Of a DNA stretch of 42,611 bases, positions 28,856-37,650 are shown piece after piece. The DNA is from Patescibacteria group bacterium (lineage in GTDB: Bacteria; Patescibacteriota; Patescibacteriia; UM-FILTER-42-10). The position numbers and the translations under genes were made by a program. The notes under the pieces were generated by a model. It worked only from the letters and a program-made list of their open reading frames with translations. It did no database searches and was not told the DNA's origin. Numbering within the stretch: position 1 is the stretch's first letter; the number at the start of each line of letters is the position of its first letter. The stretch lies in contig JAHJEX010000056.1 in NCBI GenBank assembly GCA_018825385.1, positions 1-42,611 of the forward strand, written 5' to 3'.

Positions 28856-29315
28856 AATCTCTAATTCCTAATATCTAATTTCTTATCAAATCCCAATGAC
28901 CAATGGAAAAATTAATAAATATGATCTAGAGGAAAGGACTGCGAAACTTGGAGAGCAGATAATAAAATTCACAAATGACATGCCTAAAAGTCCAGTGACG
29001 CTACCCCTGATTACCCAATTAGTAAAATCAGGCACAAATGTCGGGGCAAATTATTGCGAAGCTGATGACGCTGAGTCAAGAAAAGATTTTAAGCACAAAA
29101 TTGGGATTTGCAAAAAAGAAGCTAGAGAAACAAAACATTGGCTGAGAATGATTATTATTGCTGTACCATCCTGCAAAAATGAAGCCATGAAATTGTGGCA
29201 GGAAGCAAAGGAGTTAAATCTTATTTTTAATGCAATAACTAATTCATTAAAGAGGAATATCGAGTGATTGGACATTATGCATTAGGCATTTATTAGAAAT
29301 TAGGAATTAGAGATT
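28856..29315. repeat. 24-bp inverted repeats built of heptamers flanking the four-helix-bundle gene
   Basis: 28856-28879 AATCTCTAATTCCTAATATCTAAT versus reverse complement of 29292-29315, 1 mismatch. Confidence 0.85.
28896..29267 (+). CDS. four helix bundle protein (TIGR02436 / 23S rRNA IVP family)
   Basis: YDLEERT, QLVKSGTNVGANYCEA, ESRKDFKHKIGICKKEARETKHWL and EAKELNLIF motifs. Confidence 0.93.
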   Translation: MTNGKINKYDLEERTAKLGEQIIKFTNDMPKSPVTLPLITQLVKSGTNVGANYCEADDAESRKDFKHKIGICKKEARETKHWLRMIIIAVPSCKNEAMKLWQEAKELNLIFNAITNSLKRNIE

Positions 29316-29382
29316 GAATCATTCGCAGTCTTGCATATTTATCTAGCTGTGCTAAAATAAAAACAAAGGTAGATAAGATTAT

Positions 29383-29421
29383 GGGGGCGTCCAGTTCTTG
29401 CGACGGCTCGTTTTGTTTTTT
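29383..29421 (+). promoter_or_regulatory. GGCGTC leader hairpin plus U-tract (family copy 2)
   Basis: GGGGGCGTC-cagttcttgc-GACGGCTC-GTTTTGTTTTTT after TTGCAT...TGCTAAAAT. Confidence 0.55.
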
Positions 29422-29533
29422 GGAAAGATAAACTCCGCCAAACTAAAACAAAATACCCGCGAAGATGTTTATGCAGCGACGGCGCAAATAAGTGTGGACA
29501 AATATTTAAAGGTCGAACAATAATTATTAATAA

Positions 29534-30139
29534 ATGATTATTAACAATAAGACTATGCCTAAATTAATAGTTCTTAATAATAAAAATCGAAAAATAATAC
29601 CAATCCTGCTAATATTTGAACTGGCTTTTATATTTTTTCCTCATAGTGATTCAAAGGCATATACTTATGGAGGTCAAAAATGGAGTAATGGTAAAGCAGG
29701 TTATTATCTTGATATAGCAGGATGGGATCCAACTTTGATTGTGTATCCGGCGCATACTTGGAATGATGCTGGGTCGCCGTTCAGGTTCAATTTCAAAGGG
29801 CATAATATATATCACGATAGAGATGGTAAGAATACAGTTACACGTTTTACAATGAATAATAGTAGGCCAGCTGAGACTCGTCTTAGATGGAATGGGAACT
29901 CTCTTTCTGAGGCTGATGTGGTTTTTAATATGCGTTATGGATGGGGATGTTGTGGGGAGCCAAATTTATATGATGTCAAAAACGCAATGACTCATGAGTT
30001 TGGCCACTGGTTAGTCTTACTGGATCAAAACAATCCCTGGGACTATTGGGATACGATGTACAAAACTACTTATCCGGGTGAGACAAGAAAGAGAACACTG
30101 CATAGCGATGATAGGAATGGAATTAATTACATCTATTAG
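29534..30139 (+). CDS. secreted matrixin/M10-like zinc metalloprotease
   Basis: Signal peptide; EADVVFN, YDVKNAMTHEFGHWLVLLD (HExxH), Met-turn TMY and LHSDDRNGINYIY. Confidence 0.88.
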   Translation: MIINNKTMPKLIVLNNKNRKIIPILLIFELAFIFFPHSDSKAYTYGGQKWSNGKAGYYLDIAGWDPTLIVYPAHTWNDAGSPFRFNFKGHNIYHDRDGKNTVTRFTMNNSRPAETRLRWNGNSLSEADVVFNMRYGWGCCGEPNLYDVKNAMTHEFGHWLVLLDQNNPWDYWDTMYKTTYPGETRKRTLHSDDRNGINYIY

Positions 30140-30159
30140 TTATAATTAAGTAAACGACT

Positions 30160-30771
30160 ATGAAAAAAGCAATTCCAATTATATCTACACTATTGGTGGT
30201 AGGCGCATTACTATATGTAGGAATACTAATGTTTTCTGGTTATACCAATGAAAAGGAGATTGTAAATTATTTGGAGCAAAACAAGCTAGATATTCCGGAG
30301 GGAAAAGAAGTAGTTGAGATGCGAGGTTTATTGCCAAATGATCCTACGACAAAGAACATTTCTGAAGATACCAAAATTATTGTTCATGGTAAAGTGGAAA
30401 AAATCACTGATCCATATAAAGGAGATCATGATGCTGTTTATCACGATATACTAATTAAACCGAAGGAAGTATTTAAAAACGTTGCTAAAGTTGATGAAAA
30501 TGAGTTGTTAACAGCTGAGATATATGGTGGTGAAATTGACGATGTAACCTATTGGTCTCCTGGAGCTGCAAGTTTTAAAGAAGGAGAAGAGGTAATACTA
30601 TTTCTAGGAAAAGTTGACGGATTTGATAAGTACTATGTTTCATATGGGGTTTATGGGAAATTAACTATAGAAAATGGGATAGTAAATGGAATCAATAAGG
30701 AAGATGGCCTAGTCGATATGAGTTTAGAAAAATATACTGAAAAACTAAATAGGGTACTATCGAGTAGCTAA
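30160..30771 (+). CDS. membrane-anchored partner protein of the metalloprotease
   Basis: N-terminal TM; IIVHGKV...GGEI...FKEGEEVILFL pattern. Confidence 0.8.
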   Translation: MKKAIPIISTLLVVGALLYVGILMFSGYTNEKEIVNYLEQNKLDIPEGKEVVEMRGLLPNDPTTKNISEDTKIIVHGKVEKITDPYKGDHDAVYHDILIKPKEVFKNVAKVDENELLTAEIYGGEIDDVTYWSPGAASFKEGEEVILFLGKVDGFDKYYVSYGVYGKLTIENGIVNGINKEDGLVDMSLEKYTEKLNRVLSSS

Positions 30772-30790
30772 ATCAAATAAAATTCTAGTA

Positions 30791-30838
30791 TAAAAGGGCG
30801 TCCTCGACTCTCAAGTATGAGAGAATGACGTCCTTTTA
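30791..30838 (+). promoter_or_regulatory. GGCGTC leader hairpin plus U-tract (family copy 3)
   Basis: TAAAAGGGCGTC / GACGTCCTTTTA outer stem with inner CTCTCA/TGAGAG stem. Confidence 0.65.
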
Positions 30839-30897
30839 GCCAAAATGAAAATTAAAGGTCGCATTGGGCATGAGAATAATTATTAAAGAAAAAACCA

Positions 30898-31323
30898 ATG
30901 GATCTAAATAAAGTAACAATGATCGGCAATCTAACAAAAGATCCGATCGGCAAAAAAATTGCATCCGGCCAAAGCATTACATATTTTGGCCTTGCAACCA
31001 ATTATTCGTGGAAAGATATAAAAACTAAAGAGCGCAAAGAAAAAGTCGAGTTTCATAACATAATTGCCTGGGGAAGACTGGGCGAGATTGTAACAACTTA
31101 CCTAAAAAAAGGCGACAAAGTATATATCGAAGGCCGATTGCAAAACAGAAAATGGGAAGATGATAAAGGGGAAAAGCGTTCTAAATCAGAAGTAGTGGCG
31201 CAGAATCTGATAATGCTCGGCAAGGCCAGTGCAGTTAAGGAGAAAGTTGGAAATGAAGCTCAGAAACAGAATGCAACAGAAGAAGTAAGTGCAGAAGAGG
31301 TACCAGTTATAGAAGTAGAATAA
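30898..31323 (+). CDS. ssb: single-stranded DNA-binding protein lacking the DDIPF-type tail
   Basis: LNKVTMIGNLTKDP, EFHNIIAWG and LKKGDKVYIEGRLQ motifs. Confidence 0.93.
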   Translation: MDLNKVTMIGNLTKDPIGKKIASGQSITYFGLATNYSWKDIKTKERKEKVEFHNIIAWGRLGEIVTTYLKKGDKVYIEGRLQNRKWEDDKGEKRSKSEVVAQNLIMLGKASAVKEKVGNEAQKQNATEEVSAEEVPVIEVE

Positions 31324-31325
31324 TT

Positions 31326-31675
31326 TTATCTCCTCTCCTTGGGGTTCTTCGTAGGCTGAAGGACCTCGAGACAAAGAAGATAAGACGTTGGGCGTTCGAA
31401 ACTGATTGATTTCAGTTTAGACGCTCTTTTCATTTCAAGCCGTTCTCAGATCTTTGAGAACAAAACCTGTCTAAGGAGGTGAAACCATTAAAAGCCCTTT
31501 CTTTGAATCGCAGAAAACGTTTCTCTTAAACAAGGAGTAGTGTCATGAAACGGACACTTTGGATTCTCGGAATGGCCATCTGCATGGTGGCCGTGTTCAT
31601 GGTCGCAGGTTGCGACCAGACGGATTTACCCATGTCGCCGCCAACCGACGAGGTTGTCGTCGATCAGCCGGGGGA
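31326..31675 (+). repeat. 350-bp direct repeat, copy 1 (structured leader plus lipoprotein N-terminus)
   Basis: Aligns without gaps to 34105-34454; 4 substitutions in the 219-nt non-coding part. Confidence 0.97.
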
Positions 31676-32294
31676 TGATGGTTTTCTGACTGCTGAGCAG
31701 ATCAACGCTATCGGCCAGAAACAGCATGAAGAGTTTCTGGCAAACGGTGGTGTGCTCCCGCAGCACGACGGAGAAAAGAGCTGGCAGGTTTACGTGCACG
31801 TACCGTTCTATAGCCAAAAAGACTATCACTGGAGTGGTGTTGGTCTTGGATTCAACTATGACGGTAGATCCACAATCGGAAGATATGGATGTCATCTGTG
31901 TTGTGTTTCCATGCTCTATGCTAAATGGGGGTATGGGTCAGAAACAAATCCTCCGAACCTGAACGCGTGGAAGAAGAGGTCTCGTGACCACTACGCCTTT
32001 TCAACTTCAGCGAATGGGGATCTAATCCGACCAACTCAAGCACTGGAGTATCCCTACAATTGTCGTCCTTGGTACACTATCTCCTCGAGCCAGATTTATG
32101 GCGAGTTGAGGCGAGGTCGACCAGTGATTGTGAGGACTACCTATGGGGGGAGCCATTTCATGGTCATTTTCGCCTTTGATGGCCAGCGGTTCTGGGTAAA
32201 GGACCCGCTTAAAGACGGGAATCATCAAAGTGTGCCACTCTACGGCGATGCACACCCGAAAAAACCTTTCCGAGTGTATGGTTATAGCCGATAA
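31545..32294 (+). CDS. lipoprotein with C39-like (papain-fold) peptidase domain
   Basis: Lipobox VAG-C; VPFYSQKD, IGRYGC, GRPVIV, SHFMVI and VKDP motifs. Confidence 0.85.
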   Translation: MKRTLWILGMAICMVAVFMVAGCDQTDLPMSPPTDEVVVDQPGDDGFLTAEQINAIGQKQHEEFLANGGVLPQHDGEKSWQVYVHVPFYSQKDYHWSGVGLGFNYDGRSTIGRYGCHLCCVSMLYAKWGYGSETNPPNLNAWKKRSRDHYAFSTSANGDLIRPTQALEYPYNCRPWYTISSSQIYGELRRGRPVIVRTTYGGSHFMVIFAFDGQRFWVKDPLKDGNHQSVPLYGDAHPKKPFRVYGYSR

Positions 32295-32308
32295 GTGGCT
32301 TAGCTTGA

Positions 32309-32345
32309 GGTGTGGGGGTCATAACGATCCTCACACCCATTTTTT
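32309..32345 (+). terminator. intrinsic terminator
   Basis: GGTGTGGGGGTC/GATCCTCACACC stem followed by T6. Confidence 0.8.
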
Positions 32346-32401
32346 CAAATAGCGTACCTTTGTTTATATGCTATAATTGAAACGAATTTATTAGTAATAC
32401 T

Positions 32402-33565
32402 ATGGATAAAAAAACGGGAATAATTATATTTGTGCTTCTCACTGTTTTTGTTTTTGGTATTTTCGTGGTGGTATCATTACTAGATGGAGAACGTAATTTG
32501 GAAATGGAGATTAGTAGTATTGAAAATGGAGAAGTTGATGATGAAATTGTCGAAGCTGGTAAAGATCAACATATATTTAGATCTACTGGTATTCGTGATA
32601 ATAACTGGATTCAGTATGTAAGTATTGAATATGATTTCGCAATTGATATACCACGTGAGTTCTATTGTTCTCTTTCACCAGAAGTTCTTTGGGGTGGTAA
32701 CACAGTCTATTGTCTAAGGCCAAACTCCAATTCCTCTAATAGTCAAGACGATCCACTTTTTATTGAAATTTTCTCGACAGGGTATGATTACACACAAAAA
32801 GATGCGTTTGAAAATTGGTATAAAAATGGAATAGAAAAATATTACGCACGTCAACTTGATAAAATTGCTAGCGAAGAATCTCTATTTACATTAACTCATG
32901 AAACAACTACAGGGGGCATTGCTTCATACGTATATTTTCCAACAAAAGAAACTGTGCTAACAATTGGCTCAACAGTTGTCTCAGAGGAAGAGATTCTAGA
33001 AATTGCAAATTCATTTCACTGGAAAGATGAATCACAAATAAGTAATATTAATAATAATTTAAACAGCTCTACTAATGATGAATGGATAACATTTACCGCA
33101 GATGAAATAGACCTCAGATTATCTTATCCCGGAAACTGGAAAAAATATTATGACTATTCCGAAGACTATGGTTTTACACTAGAATTAGAATCTAATATTC
33201 AAGTTTATAATGTTGATCCATTAACAAACCAGGGGGCTGAAGGTCCGTTAATAGAATTTCGTGTCAATAGTCAACCAAACTTTGAAAATTATGTACTAAG
33301 TGATTGGGTTAGTCACTCTTCTGCTGTTGAAGATGAACAAGAAAGAATTAGAAAAGACATTCAGGGGTATATGGGTTACACACAATGGATTTGGCATCAA
33401 AGTAATCCATTTGCGTTTTCTTCCATAAATTATTATGTTGATGTAAACGATGAAATTTGGGAATTTAGAGCAAGTATAAATGATGATAATCCTGAGTCAG
33501 AACAGTTTATAAAATCAAAAAAGATTATAGAGCAAATCTTCGAGAGTATTGAGTTTACAGATTAA
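32402..33565 (+). CDS. membrane-anchored acidic protein with two PsbP-like domains
   Basis: N-terminal TM; WIQY..YDFAIDIP and WITF..LRLSYPGNW; ends EQIFESIEF; TGCTATAAT promoter upstream. Confidence 0.75.
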   Translation: MDKKTGIIIFVLLTVFVFGIFVVVSLLDGERNLEMEISSIENGEVDDEIVEAGKDQHIFRSTGIRDNNWIQYVSIEYDFAIDIPREFYCSLSPEVLWGGNTVYCLRPNSNSSNSQDDPLFIEIFSTGYDYTQKDAFENWYKNGIEKYYARQLDKIASEESLFTLTHETTTGGIASYVYFPTKETVLTIGSTVVSEEEILEIANSFHWKDESQISNINNNLNSSTNDEWITFTADEIDLRLSYPGNWKKYYDYSEDYGFTLELESNIQVYNVDPLTNQGAEGPLIEFRVNSQPNFENYVLSDWVSHSSAVEDEQERIRKDIQGYMGYTQWIWHQSNPFAFSSINYYVDVNDEIWEFRASINDDNPESEQFIKSKKIIEQIFESIEFTD

Positions 33566-33575
33566 TTCAAAAAAT

Positions 33576-34073
33576 ATGAAGCACAAGCTTATCACTATCA
33601 TAACTATCATTGCCAGCTTGTCTATGAGTTTATACGGCGTTGGTGCTAATGCCGCTGTTTCAGATTACGAAGGAAGTATTTTGCTGGATGTGGAGCGTAA
33701 TGGAGAAGCATATTATGTATATCAGGGAGAAAAATACTTCCTTGGTAGACCATGGCAAGCTTTTGAGATAATGCGAAAATTATCGTTAGGAATATCAGAA
33801 GATAATTTCCAGACAGGATTCCAACAAGTAAATGATATCTGGCAGATCTATAGAATAGTAAATATATACTTATTTCCCTACATTCAGGGTAGGATAGTCA
33901 TACGTCCCGAAGCCAATGGAGAAGCTTATTATGTGACCCCCAATCTTGCCGGAGGAAGTGGATATTCTGCTGAGTATCTTGGAAGGCCTTATGATGCATT
34001 TCAGATAATGACAAAGTTTGGACAAGGCACGCAGTCGGCACAAATAGATTCGATTCCAAATGGTACTCTGTAA
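33576..34073 (+). CDS. secreted protein with two G-x-I-L/V...NGEAYYV...LGRP..AF.IM repeats
   Basis: Signal peptide ending ANA; tandem repeat visible in the translation. Confidence 0.85.
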   Translation: MKHKLITIITIIASLSMSLYGVGANAAVSDYEGSILLDVERNGEAYYVYQGEKYFLGRPWQAFEIMRKLSLGISEDNFQTGFQQVNDIWQIYRIVNIYLFPYIQGRIVIRPEANGEAYYVTPNLAGGSGYSAEYLGRPYDAFQIMTKFGQGTQSAQIDSIPNGTL

Positions 34074-34104
34074 ATAATATCTGTTTAGACTAAGCAAAAT
34101 ACAA

Positions 34105-34454
34105 TTATCTCCTCTCCTTGGGGTTCTTCGCAAGATGAAGGACCTCGAGACAAAGAAGATAAGACGTTGGGCGTTCGAAACTGATTGATTTCAGTTTAGA
34201 CGCTCTTTTCATTTCAAGCCGTTCTCAGATCTTTGAGAACAAAACCTGTCTAAGGAGGTAAAACCATTAAAAGCCCTTTCTTTGAATCGCAGAAAACGTT
34301 TCTCTTAAACAAGGAGTAGTGTCATGAAACGGACACTCTGGATTCTCGGATTGGCCATCTGTACGGTGGCCATGTTCTGGGTCACGGGCTGTGACCAGAC
34401 GGATTCACCCATGTCGCCGCCAACCGACGAGGTTGTCGTCGATCAGCCGGGGGA
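34105..34454 (+). repeat. 350-bp direct repeat, copy 2
   Basis: Matches 31326-31675 at an offset of 2779 bp. Confidence 0.97.
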
Positions 34455-34935
34455 GGAGGGGGCACAGGTAGAGAAATCTGCCTTGTCGAATTACTGGCGT
34501 TCCGCTGTCTACCGCGAGATCTGCTACGCGCTTTCCCGCGTACGCTACAATGCCGGTGATTGGGGTGCTTCTACCCGAATCTACCACGGATGGTTTGCCG
34601 GTGACTGGGACTACAGTAACCGAAGCAACATCATCGGGTGGGGTGGCGAATGTAAACAGTTCGCACGTGAAATCGTCTGGCGGGCGACTGGTCAGAACTG
34701 TCTTCCGACTAGTTACTACTACGCTAATGGTGACATTGCTTGGTGCCGTCCTGGTGATGTGATCCAGCGCAGGCCTCCTAATCAGCACACGGCCATCGTT
34801 TTCAAAGTGTTGGCTCGTGATTCACATGGTCGTGCGACGAAGATCGATGTCATCGATAGCAACTACATCCGGTATCACACGATCGGCAGGCACGTCCTGA
34901 GTGGCAGTACGCTTTCCAAGTACAAGGTTTGGTAG
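34324..34935 (+). CDS. lipoprotein with CHAP/NlpC-P60-like amidase domain
   Basis: Lipobox VTG-C; GGECKQFA, PGDVIQ, HTAIV and IDVIDSNY motifs. Confidence 0.75.
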   Translation: MKRTLWILGLAICTVAMFWVTGCDQTDSPMSPPTDEVVVDQPGEEGAQVEKSALSNYWRSAVYREICYALSRVRYNAGDWGASTRIYHGWFAGDWDYSNRSNIIGWGGECKQFAREIVWRATGQNCLPTSYYYANGDIAWCRPGDVIQRRPPNQHTAIVFKVLARDSHGRATKIDVIDSNYIRYHTIGRHVLSGSTLSKYKVW

Positions 34936-34940
34936 TCCTC

Positions 34941-34989
34941 TGTGGTCGATACGGCTCATTACGAGCTAGTATCGGCCACATACTTTTTT
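34941..34989 (+). terminator. intrinsic terminator
   Basis: TGTGGTCGATAC/GTATCGGCCACA stem followed by T6. Confidence 0.8.
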
Positions 34990-35031
34990 CTCAGTAAATA
35001 AAGTGATATAATTAAATAACATTGGTTAATT

Positions 35032-35640
35032 ATGAAAGGAAATAATATGAAAAAATCTCTCTATACAATAGGTGTGTTACTAGTAGTAGGTATTTTTGCC
35101 TACTATGCAGCGACGACACTAAGTAAGAACGATCAGGATAATGATAATGCAAATACCAATAGCGTAGTGAATAGCGAATGGAAGACTTATAGTCATGATT
35201 CTGGTTTATCTTTTGATTATCCTGAGAATGCTACAGTGTGGCCGGATGGGTATAAGGAAGAATCTGGTTCTTTGTCTATCATAAAGAATAGCGATTACAT
35301 TGATGATTATATGGAAGAATATGTGTTATTCAAGAATGGTATCCCAGGGATTACGTTATCAGAATATATTTCTCAAAATAGTGCTCCAGAATATAAAGAT
35401 AGTAAGAAAGAAATTGACTTGAATGGAATGACCGCATATCAGTATGTAGTAAAAAATCCTACTGATATCTATCTTGGAACATTCTTTGAAGATAATAATA
35501 GCAATTACTATGATTTCTATATTGAACAAGGTGCTCCTAGTCTTGAAGGGAAAATAACTGGAGAATTGTCACAAGAGTATCTTAATCAGATTGAATCTAC
35601 ATATACTCAGATTTTGAATAGCATTAAGTTTGTTAACTAG
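35032..35640 (+). CDS. membrane-anchored PsbP-like protein
   Basis: N-terminal TM; WKTY..GLSFDYP; ends QILNSIKF; TGATATAAT promoter upstream. Confidence 0.78.
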   Translation: MKGNNMKKSLYTIGVLLVVGIFAYYAATTLSKNDQDNDNANTNSVVNSEWKTYSHDSGLSFDYPENATVWPDGYKEESGSLSIIKNSDYIDDYMEEYVLFKNGIPGITLSEYISQNSAPEYKDSKKEIDLNGMTAYQYVVKNPTDIYLGTFFEDNNSNYYDFYIEQGAPSLEGKITGELSQEYLNQIESTYTQILNSIKFVN

Positions 35641-35651
35641 CTTTTAGAAAT

Positions 35652-36749
35652 ATGAATAAAATATCAAAAATATTACTCACAATTCTATTAATTGTTGTGC
35701 TTGGTTTTGGTGCATACTACACAATAAATGAAATCTCTACTGAAGATACAAACACAGCTACAATAATAAATACAACTGCAGAAGAGGAAGAAATAACTGC
35801 TGCAGAAGAAGATTTTGAATACAAAACAATAACTTTTAGAGATGAAGTTCACGCTGTTTCAATGCAAATTCTTGAACAATGGAAAGATTATCCTCTAAAT
35901 ATTAATGACAGAGAAAAAGCTAGTTTGTTAAGCTTTGATGTCGAAGAACTAAATCCAACATCACTAGAAGATGGTTATCCATATTCCGCAGATTTGAGTT
36001 GGTATAATTCAAATGGAATTGAATTAAATGCATGGGTAGAAGAACATTATGATAATGAGCTTACTACACATTCAGTATGTAATGGAGTGTACAATACATC
36101 TACTAATGATGGCTATAATGGTGTCGAAGTTGTGTGTAAGGAAGAATATGAAGCGTCTTATACAAACACAGGCCATTCAGCGACTAGAGCGTATTACTTT
36201 TTTAGTGTTGGTGACTATATTTATAAGTTTATGGTTTATTTAGGAACTTCTATGTATACAAATATGCAACCTATTATTGAAGAAATTAAAGATAGTATAG
36301 TTTTTGGTGAACCATTTAATCTTGATGAATGGAAAACATATGCAAGTGAAGATAATGGTTTTAGTGTGAAGTATCCACCAGTTTGGTATGTATCAGAAAA
36401 CTGGGAACAGCTTGGAGGATTTGTTGGTTTTGATGAAATAAAGGATCTTTTTGAGGGTCATAAGGTAACAATAAGTACACATTCTGATGAGGGATATACA
36501 AGCTCATTGGCAGGGCAAACAAGATTAGAAAATACTCAATTATCTTATCCTCATATTGGGGGTGTCCCCGCAGTTAGAATTAGTGGAATTTTTCCTGAAC
36601 CTACATATGGGTTTTCAGATTATACTGATTCCGTTTTTGTAATGAGTGACGGGTTAGGAATAGAAATGGCATATCAGGAAACGGGTTTTGATCTTGAATC
36701 TCGTGAAACATTTAGCCAAATGCTCAGAACATTTGAATTTATAAAATAA
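35652..36749 (+). CDS. membrane-anchored protein with two PsbP-like domains
   Basis: N-terminal TM; WKTY..GFSVKYPPVW; EEIKDSIVF; ends QMLRTFEF. Confidence 0.78.
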   Translation: MNKISKILLTILLIVVLGFGAYYTINEISTEDTNTATIINTTAEEEEITAAEEDFEYKTITFRDEVHAVSMQILEQWKDYPLNINDREKASLLSFDVEELNPTSLEDGYPYSADLSWYNSNGIELNAWVEEHYDNELTTHSVCNGVYNTSTNDGYNGVEVVCKEEYEASYTNTGHSATRAYYFFSVGDYIYKFMVYLGTSMYTNMQPIIEEIKDSIVFGEPFNLDEWKTYASEDNGFSVKYPPVWYVSENWEQLGGFVGFDEIKDLFEGHKVTISTHSDEGYTSSLAGQTRLENTQLSYPHIGGVPAVRISGIFPEPTYGFSDYTDSVFVMSDGLGIEMAYQETGFDLESRETFSQMLRTFEFIK

Positions 36750-36754
36750 TCTAG

Positions 36755-37537
36755 ATGCCCCCAAAAAAACAACAACCCCAAAATTCAAAAATAATCAATC
36801 TGCTTTTTCTGATTGCTGTAATTGTAGTTGGTGCTATAGGAGCATATTATTTGATCACAGATTCTGATTCTGATACAGAAATAAATACAAAAAAAAGCGG
36901 TTCAACTAAAACTACCATTACTAATCAACCCGCAAGTTCTTCTAATGAAAATATAAATAAAAATACTTTTGAAGGAGATGAACTAAATGTTGGAAATGGA
37001 TTTACAATCACTGTACCAACGGGATGGAATTTGGCCGGTTTTTTGGAAGACGCTATAAATATTGTGAAATTTGGGTCGCCGGCACAGATCTACACTCTTA
37101 CTCCTGAAGGCGGTCAAATTGATATGTTTGGGCCGGTTATTTCTGTAGACACATTTACAATTGATGAAAATCTGAACGCAACAGAAGTGGTAAACCTGAT
37201 TCATGATCAGGGGATTGCTAGCGATCTAGAAAGAAAAAAAGATAACTGTTTCTTTGAGATGGAGAAATCAAAATTTGGGCAGTTTGATACTTTCTCTTTT
37301 ATTCGAGACAATACTGATCCAGAAAAATGCAATGAAGAAGCAACTGAAACTGCTAAATCCCAGACAGTAGTATTGAAGGAAAAAGGGAATTCTGATACAG
37401 CTATTCTCACACTTGTGGCGATTGACGATCCTCAACTTGTAGCATTACTCCCAGATTTTCAACAAATCTTGGGAAGCATGAAGTATAAAAAAACAGTTTC
37501 TGATACTGTAGAAGAAGCAGTAGAAGAGACTGAATAA
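36755..37537 (+). CDS. membrane-anchored PsbP-like protein
   Basis: N-terminal TM; GFTITVPTGW; FQQILGSMKY. Confidence 0.75.
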   Translation: MPPKKQQPQNSKIINLLFLIAVIVVGAIGAYYLITDSDSDTEINTKKSGSTKTTITNQPASSSNENINKNTFEGDELNVGNGFTITVPTGWNLAGFLEDAINIVKFGSPAQIYTLTPEGGQIDMFGPVISVDTFTIDENLNATEVVNLIHDQGIASDLERKKDNCFFEMEKSKFGQFDTFSFIRDNTDPEKCNEEATETAKSQTVVLKEKGNSDTAILTLVAIDDPQLVALLPDFQQILGSMKYKKTVSDTVEEAVEETE

Positions 37538-37650
37538 AACACGAAAAAAACGCGGAAAGCAAAACCTTCCAATTGATAAATTCGAGAATTGATGAAACAA
37601 TAAACACATATAATGCGCTTCTGCATAATTGTTTAAATGATTAAGCTGAT

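Noticed and set aside
28896-34454. Diversity-generating retroelement (Avd-like gene plus repeat pair as TR/VR)
   Set aside because: No reverse transcriptase in the window; the repeat covers 5' leaders rather than a C-terminal variable region, and the mismatches are not confined to adenines
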